Assembly: GCF_009914755.1 (NCBI RefSeq)
Contig: NC_060926.1
Length of the DNA stretch: 64,000 nt
DNA from: the human T2T-CHM13v2.0 reference genome, Homo sapiens
Reading direction: 5' to 3' (one strand)
The notes under the pieces were generated by a model that was given only the letters and a program-made list of their open reading frames with translations, made no database searches and had not been told where the DNA came from. Shown one piece after another: positions 46,966-64,000 of the stretch (its first letter is position 1; each line of letters begins with the position of its first letter). Position numbers and translations under genes: made by a program.

Positions 46966-47603
46966 TCAGGCAGAGGGTGGCTCTTCTCTGGGCCCTGGTC
47001 CTCTCTGGACGTTTCCTTCTGCTCACCTGTTTCTTTCTCTGCCCAGCGTCCTCTGCCTATTCCTGGTTCTCCTTGGCTTTGTCTTGCCATGGTGCTGACT
47101 CAGCCCTTGACTGCTCCAGACCCAGAGGCCCGGCTCCTCACTCTCCCTTAAGAGAGGATTTAGGCCCAGTTAGGTGTCCACGGCTGGTCCAAAAAGTTCT
47201 TGGCCGGAAAGCTTCAGTCATGGGATAGAAACACAGCCACCCAGGCACATGACTTGATTAGAGAGAAAGACAAGTGGACTTGGCAAGGGTCAGGACCTCC
47301 AAAACATCAACAGCAGTGTTGGTGGCAGCTCCTTTCATTCCCACTTTCTTCTATTACTTGGGTTTCATCCAAACCTCTCTGGTTCTCAGAGAAGTACGTT
47401 CTAGGGCAGGGTTAGACATGAGAGATTTATTGAAGGAAGTGTCTGTGCAGGAAGATGGGGAGATTACAGGAGGAGGCTGGGAGAGCTGTCAGGCCATGAT
47501 GCAGGTCTGACCCTGGTGAAGGAGAGAGGGAAGGAAGGTGAGGTAGGAAGACTCTCAGCCTGCCGCACATTCTAACAAAGTTTGGGCAGGGTTGATAGAC
47601 ATC

Positions 47604-47990
47604 TGTCTAAGTCAGTTCAGTCTACTATAATAAGATACCATATACTGGGTGGCTTATAAACAACAGAAATGTATTTTCCACAGTTCTGGAGCCTGGGAAG
47701 TCCAAGGTCAAGGTGCTGGCAGATCCAGTATCTGGTGAGAACCTTCTTCCTGGTTTGCAGATAGTAGACTTCTCACTGTGTCCTCACATGGTAGGAGGAG
47801 CAAGGCAGCTCTCTGGGGCCTCTTTTATAAGGTCCTCACCTCATGAATGGGTGCTGATCCCATTCATGGGGGCTCTTCCCTTGTGACCTAAGCACCTCCC
47901 AAAGGTCCCACTTCCAAATACCATCACACTGGGGATTATGGCTTCAAGATATGAATTTGGGGCAGGGGCACAAACATTCGGTCCATAGCA
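47604..47990 (-). mobile_element. MLT1A/MST-type MaLR solo LTR nested in an LTR16-like element (about 47390-48200)
   Basis: TGTC...CCATAGCA termini; near-TSD ACATC / GCATC. Confidence 0.8.
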
Positions 47991-48706
47991 GCATCCTTGA
48001 GGCAAAGTTCATCAGAGGAGTCCCACGTGTCACAGGAGTCATTCTGCCTTAGCAGCCCTGCTGTGCTTCGTCATTGGTTGGGAGCAGTGGTAAGAAATGT
48101 GGACACAGCTTGAATGTGGTGGTGGATTTAGAGCACAGCATCAAGGGCTGTCAGGTGATTGTATTTCCCCCAGCAGGAGATCTGAGAGATACAAGTTCAA
48201 GGTCAACACACAGGCTCTTTTTTATGAGGCAGGAGAAGGAAGGCACAGATTGGTAAGCTTGCAGGCTATGGAGTCCACAGGCTGGGTTGGAATCTGCCTA
48301 CCTCTTACCCATCATGTGCACCTGGACAAGTTACCTGTCTCCCTGAGCCTCACTTTCTTCCTCTGAAATAATAATAATGGCCATACCTATAAAGCACTTA
48401 CTGTGTGCAAGACACCGTTGTCAGTATTAATTCATTTAATCCTGGGGCACAGAGTTTAAGCAACTTGCCTAAGATATCAGAGGTGATAAGTGCTAGCATC
48501 AGAATTTGAACCCAGAACCCAGGCTACATTGTCTTTGTGAAGTAGAGCCAGCAATAGCACCAACACGACTATGCTGTTGTGAAAACTGAGAAGAGAACAA
48601 TTGTAAAGCATTTAGCCTCACACACTGTATACATTCAATAAATGTTACCTGCTGTTACTGGCATTACTAATTATTATTATAGAAGGTACAGACTGAGTTT
48701 TTCTTT

Positions 48707-48983
<277 letters not shown>

Positions 48984-49571
48984 TGAGTTTTTCTTTAGTG
49001 GTTTCGAAGATACACACTTTTCATCCCAATGGTCTCTTCTGACAATAACTAGTTTCCTTCATATGGTGGGGAAAATGGATCCCACTGTGACAATGTAAAG
49101 TGATCCCACCTGCAGACATTTGCCTTGCTTTGGCTCTACGCTCATCAGATGTCTTCTGAGGATAACGTGGTGTTCTGTGCACACTCCCAACAGGGTAAAG
49201 GGGACACACCATTGATAGCCTACCCAGCAGCCATTTCCTGCTTCTTCCTTCCTGAGAGAGACCCAGTTTCCTTTAGATATTATTCTGGTTATCTATTGCT
49301 GCATCACGAACCATCCCCAAAACTGAAAACAACAATTCATTATCCTGTCTCACAATTCCGTGGCTGACTGGGCTCAGAAGGGTGGTTCTTGCTTGGGGTT
49401 TCTCATGTGGTTGCAGTCAGATGGCAGCTGGGGCTGGGGTCATCAGAAGCCTCCACTGAGCTGGACATCCCGGGTGGCCTCTTCATTCACGAGTCCAGAA
49501 CAGTGGAAACTGGCTCAGTATCTCGGTATCTCGGTAACTCTCTCTCTTTCTCTCCCTCCCCCCATCCCGTG

Positions 49572-49573
<2 letters not shown>

Positions 49574-49622
<49 letters not shown>

Positions 49623-49656
49623 TTTCTCTCTCTTCTTGCTCTCTCTCTCTCTCTCA
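49574..49656. repeat. (GT)~24 microsatellite followed by (CT)n, inside an old MLT1 LTR (about 49280-49900)
   Basis: Visible directly. Confidence 0.95.
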
Positions 49657-50368
49657 CTCACTTGCTGGCTCTCCACACAGCCTCTCCACATGACTATCTT
49701 GGGCTTCCTCACAGCATGGTGGCCTCCCTGCAGTCGGGCTCTGTAGATGCTGGCTGGTTTATCACAGAGCAAGCATTCCAAGAGACTGAGAAGGAGCTGC
49801 AAGGCTTCTTGTAACCCAGTTTTGAACCTTGTGCAAAGACGCTTCCTCCGCATTTTATTAGTTACATAGAAGCAGCCCAGACTCAGTCCAGGGATTACCA
49901 GGAGGCATGGTGTGGCAGACTGGGAGTAAGGGGAGCTTTGGAGAGGAACTACCATGGATACCCCTTTCCCACTCAGCCACAGGCCTCTGGGGCAGCCAGC
50001 CTCACCCTCCAGCCTGAGGGTGAACAAGATGGGTCTAAAGGTGATGCCTTCCCCTTGCCAAGAATGAGCATGTGACCCTGTTTTGGTCAATGAGATATAA
50101 GGGGGATGTCTGCTGGGCTTCTGGGGAAGTTTTCACATTCCTAAGAGAGAGTCTTCTTCCTCAGGTCATGCTCGGATTTGAATAAGTTTTCTGGAGCTGC
50201 CCTGGGCATTTTCCATCAGCCTGAGGATGACACCATCCCTAAGAAGGGCAGAGCAGACAGGTGGAAAGACCCAGGGCCCTGGATGCCACAGTGTAGCCCA
50301 TCCACAGCCAACCCTGAAGCCCACCCTACTTTGGGACTCTCTGTTATCTGAAATAAGCCAAGACCACG

Positions 50369-50645
50369 TCTCTCTCTCTCTATATATATGTGTGTGTATG
50401 TGTATACATATATACACATACATACATATATGTGTGTGTATATATATACATATATATCACTCATATATATACACACATACATATATGATATATATGAGTA
50501 ATATATATGTGTGTACATATATATGAGTGATATATATGTGCATATATATGATATATATAGATATATAGATATGTATGATATATATAGAGATATATCATAT
50601 ATATATAGATAGATATGTATCTATATATATATAGATATATATATC
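50369..50645. repeat. TA-rich low-complexity/(TA,TG,GA)n compound microsatellite
   Basis: Visible directly. Confidence 0.93.
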
Positions 50646-51309
50646 ACTCAGGCTGGAGTGCAGTGGTGTTATCACAACTCACTGCAGCCTCAAGCTCCTG
50701 GGCTCAAATGATCCCACCTCAGCCACCCCTTAGCTCTCCTATGCACAGAGGGCTGTACAGTAGATGGCTGTCTGAATTTGGCCTGCGGGCCATATTTCGC
50801 TGATCCCTGGTTTAAAATGTCAAGGAGTAAATACTGCTGACACAAGATGCTGACTTAAGGCTGCTTGTCCCTCTAATCCCCACTGTAAATTATCATTATA
50901 ATTATCCACTGATGCTCAGGTTCGCAAATCTGCAGATTGTAACTTAATTTAATTCTTGCTTGAGTGAGAGGATGAGTTTACCTTAAGCTTAAAAGATGGT
51001 AACTTTTAAGATTAAGGTAATGGGTGTGAGGTGGGTGCTGGGCTTCTGTAAGAGAAGTCAAGACTTGTAAGGAGAAAAATATTCTTACAGCTTAATAAGG
51101 CAAAGGAGAGTCACTAGCAAGAATCAAAGTGCTTATTGCCTTTTAGATACTTCCCCAGTACCCCACTTCCTGACCAAACCACAAAGGTCACTTCCTCTTG
51201 CCTCCAATACACACACCTTTAACTGAGAAACCTTAATCGGGGTGGGGATCATGTTGGTCACCAAGGAGATGGGACCTTGAGGGAAGAGAGATAAAAAGAA
51301 GTAAAGAAG

Positions 51310-60043
<8,734 letters not shown>

Positions 60044-60801
60044 TTGGAAACATATTTTAATCATAAATGTGGGAAATTAACATGCTCAACTGTCAAGATT
60101 TGGTGTAATGGTCTTTTAAGGGTGGTGCCACTGCTGCATTTGAAGGCATTCTCGGTCACTTTCAGAACTTTTTCATTTTCTTCAGCGTGTGAGGAAGTCA
60201 CTTCTATTTCTGATCCCATTGGATCCTTCCAACGACTTCAGGTCCACTCAATACTGACTACCAGTGAACCATCTTCAACTACAGTGCTAGAAGCCTGACT
60301 GTCCTCCTCTCCTCAGCCTAAGTTCTTCTTATCTGTCTCTGAAGGACCTTCCTCTGGACTTGAGACACACTGGAAGAGAAGGTAGTTTCTGATATTCCTT
60401 TCCTCTTTTGGCCAACTACTTTGTCTGGCTCCATTTTCATGCAGTAAATTCACTAATTGTTAAAGGCAGATGGAGCTCCAGCAACTCTATTACAGAACTG
60501 GGTTTTCCATTCTACTGAGCTTGTTCACAGACACAACTTTCTCAGGAGCCAGTGTGTCTTCATCTCCCCCTTTCAACATCTACAGCCTCAGATTACCTTC
60601 TAAGGCTCCATTTATTGTCAGGCCACAATTTCTAGGATTCTAACAATGAAGACAAACTCTGATACACAATTCACATCTTTCTTAGCTCCCGTTTCCAGTT
60701 CTCTTCTCCATTGCAAACAAAAACAAAAACCCCAAACAAACCACAAAACCTGTTTCCAAGTTCAGTGGGACACTCTTCCCAACGCACCCTGACTTCAGGT
60801 A

Positions 60802-61217
60802 TGTAAGAGTTAAGAAACAAGAAAGAAACACGAAAAGCAGCTTAACAATCAAAGACAGGTTTATTTTGGAGAATAAACCTGAGAGGGGCTTCTTGTCGAT
60901 TTTGGTCAGGAGCGTTTTCTCTTACACACTAAGGGTGTTTAAGGGTTTACGAAGCGGTGAGCTTATTGCAGGTTCGTAATGTTTCTGTATGAGGGAAAGT
61001 TTATTGCAGGGTTGGAAAGTCTCTGGCCGGAGGGGAGGCTATCTCTGGGTTGGCATGTTTCTGGTTGGAAGTGGGTTTATCTTAGGGTTGGAATGTTTCT
61101 GGTTATGCTGACATTAGCCATTAGGCTGATGTTTTTGGGTTGGATTTAGGCAGTTTCTTAATCAAGGGGAACTTAAAATGGTGGCAGTTGTCCAAGATGG
61201 CAATGCTCCTGCTGTCA
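60802..61217 (-). mobile_element. ERV1 solo LTR (LTR15-like) just upstream of the ATG16L1 promoter
   Basis: Minus strand starts TGACAGCAGGAGCATTGCCATCTTGGACAA and ends CTCTTACA. Near-TSD AGGTA / GGGTA. Minus-strand AATAAA at 60865-60860. Confidence 0.75.
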
Positions 61218-61529
61218 GGGTAGGCCTTGGGAAGACACCAGGTGTCTTTGTAAACTTAGGTTTCCCCTGTACCAAGCACAGTGCTGACTGCATTACATGG
61301 GTTTTTCTTTTTACTATTCGTGACAACCTTCTGAGGTAGGTATCATTACTGTCCCCATTTACAGATGAGACAACTGAGGCTTAGGTAGGCTGTCACTCAT
61401 CCACAGCCACAGAGCTACTATGGAGGGAACCCCATTTGTTCCTAAACTGCGATTAAAAATAAAAGTGGGGGGAGACAGGCCAAGAAAAAAAACACGAAAA
61501 GGGTTGAAAAGCAGCAAAAGAAAAGTAAG

Positions 61530-62175
<646 letters not shown>

Positions 62176-62487
62176 TTTAAATGTTTTTTCTAACCTGCGT
62201 TTTATCTTTGGAGGATTTTCCCTATTAAATTGTACGATCTTTGTGGGGAGGCACAGTTCGTGTTTGTATTTGTAAATCCCAGTAGCTCATACAATGCTTA
62301 TGCACTTAAATAGGTCCCAGAAACATCCCATCTATGGGGTCATGTTAATGAAACGGTCGTTGACTTTCAGTCGCAGAATTAACATTGCCTTCTCAATGCA
62401 CTGGAACGGGTGGCCTTTGATTCCTCAAACTTACTTCCCTTACTCCACCTTGGTGGTTTTTTTTGCGGGGAAACGGGATAGGGGATC

Positions 62488-63760
<1,273 letters not shown>

Positions 63761-64000
63761 TAACTTTTGCATTTGCTTTTCTCACTGGCTCCCCCAGCAA
63801 ATGGTTCTTTGCTTTCACTGCACCCATTGTTTTAACAAAACTAAGAAGAAAGAGGATGCTTTGCTGTTCTAGGAGGCCCTGAAGAACAGTGCTGTTTCAG
63901 AAAGCCAGAAGCACAAGAAGTCCCTCTTCCTCAAAACATGATTCCCTGACAGATGACATAAATCAGTTCATTAGGTGCTTATTAGGTGCTTATGCTTTAA

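Overview
Human-type (primate) genomic DNA. I recognise it as the 2q37.1 interval holding the 3' end of INPP5D (SHIP1) and, on the same strand about 44 kb downstream, the CpG-island promoter and exon 1 of ATG16L1. INPP5D shows five internal coding exons, a last exon whose only coding content is the TGA, and a 3'UTR with a miR-155 8-mer and AATAAA. The intergenic region is dense in Alu and LTR elements. Its most structured part is a nested retroelement stack at 23.7-28.7 kb: a solo LTR7 with TSD, an ERV1 solo LTR invaded by a heavily deleted HERV-H provirus, a 12 x 31-bp VNTR in the HERV-H 3' LTR, and a ~495-bp inversion that can be reconstructed from the TSD and a split Alu. Other points are a human-specific AluYb8, uORFs and alternative donors in the ATG16L1 5'UTR, a double-AATAAA hairpin in an LTR beside the ATG16L1 promoter, and a speculative chain of decayed minus-strand exon-like islands (possible unitary pseudogene). 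Most ORFs in the supplied track are Alu, LTR or microsatellite artefacts. Repeat subfamily names are from memory of consensus sequences, not from a search. There is no CRISPR, rRNA or tRNA gene.
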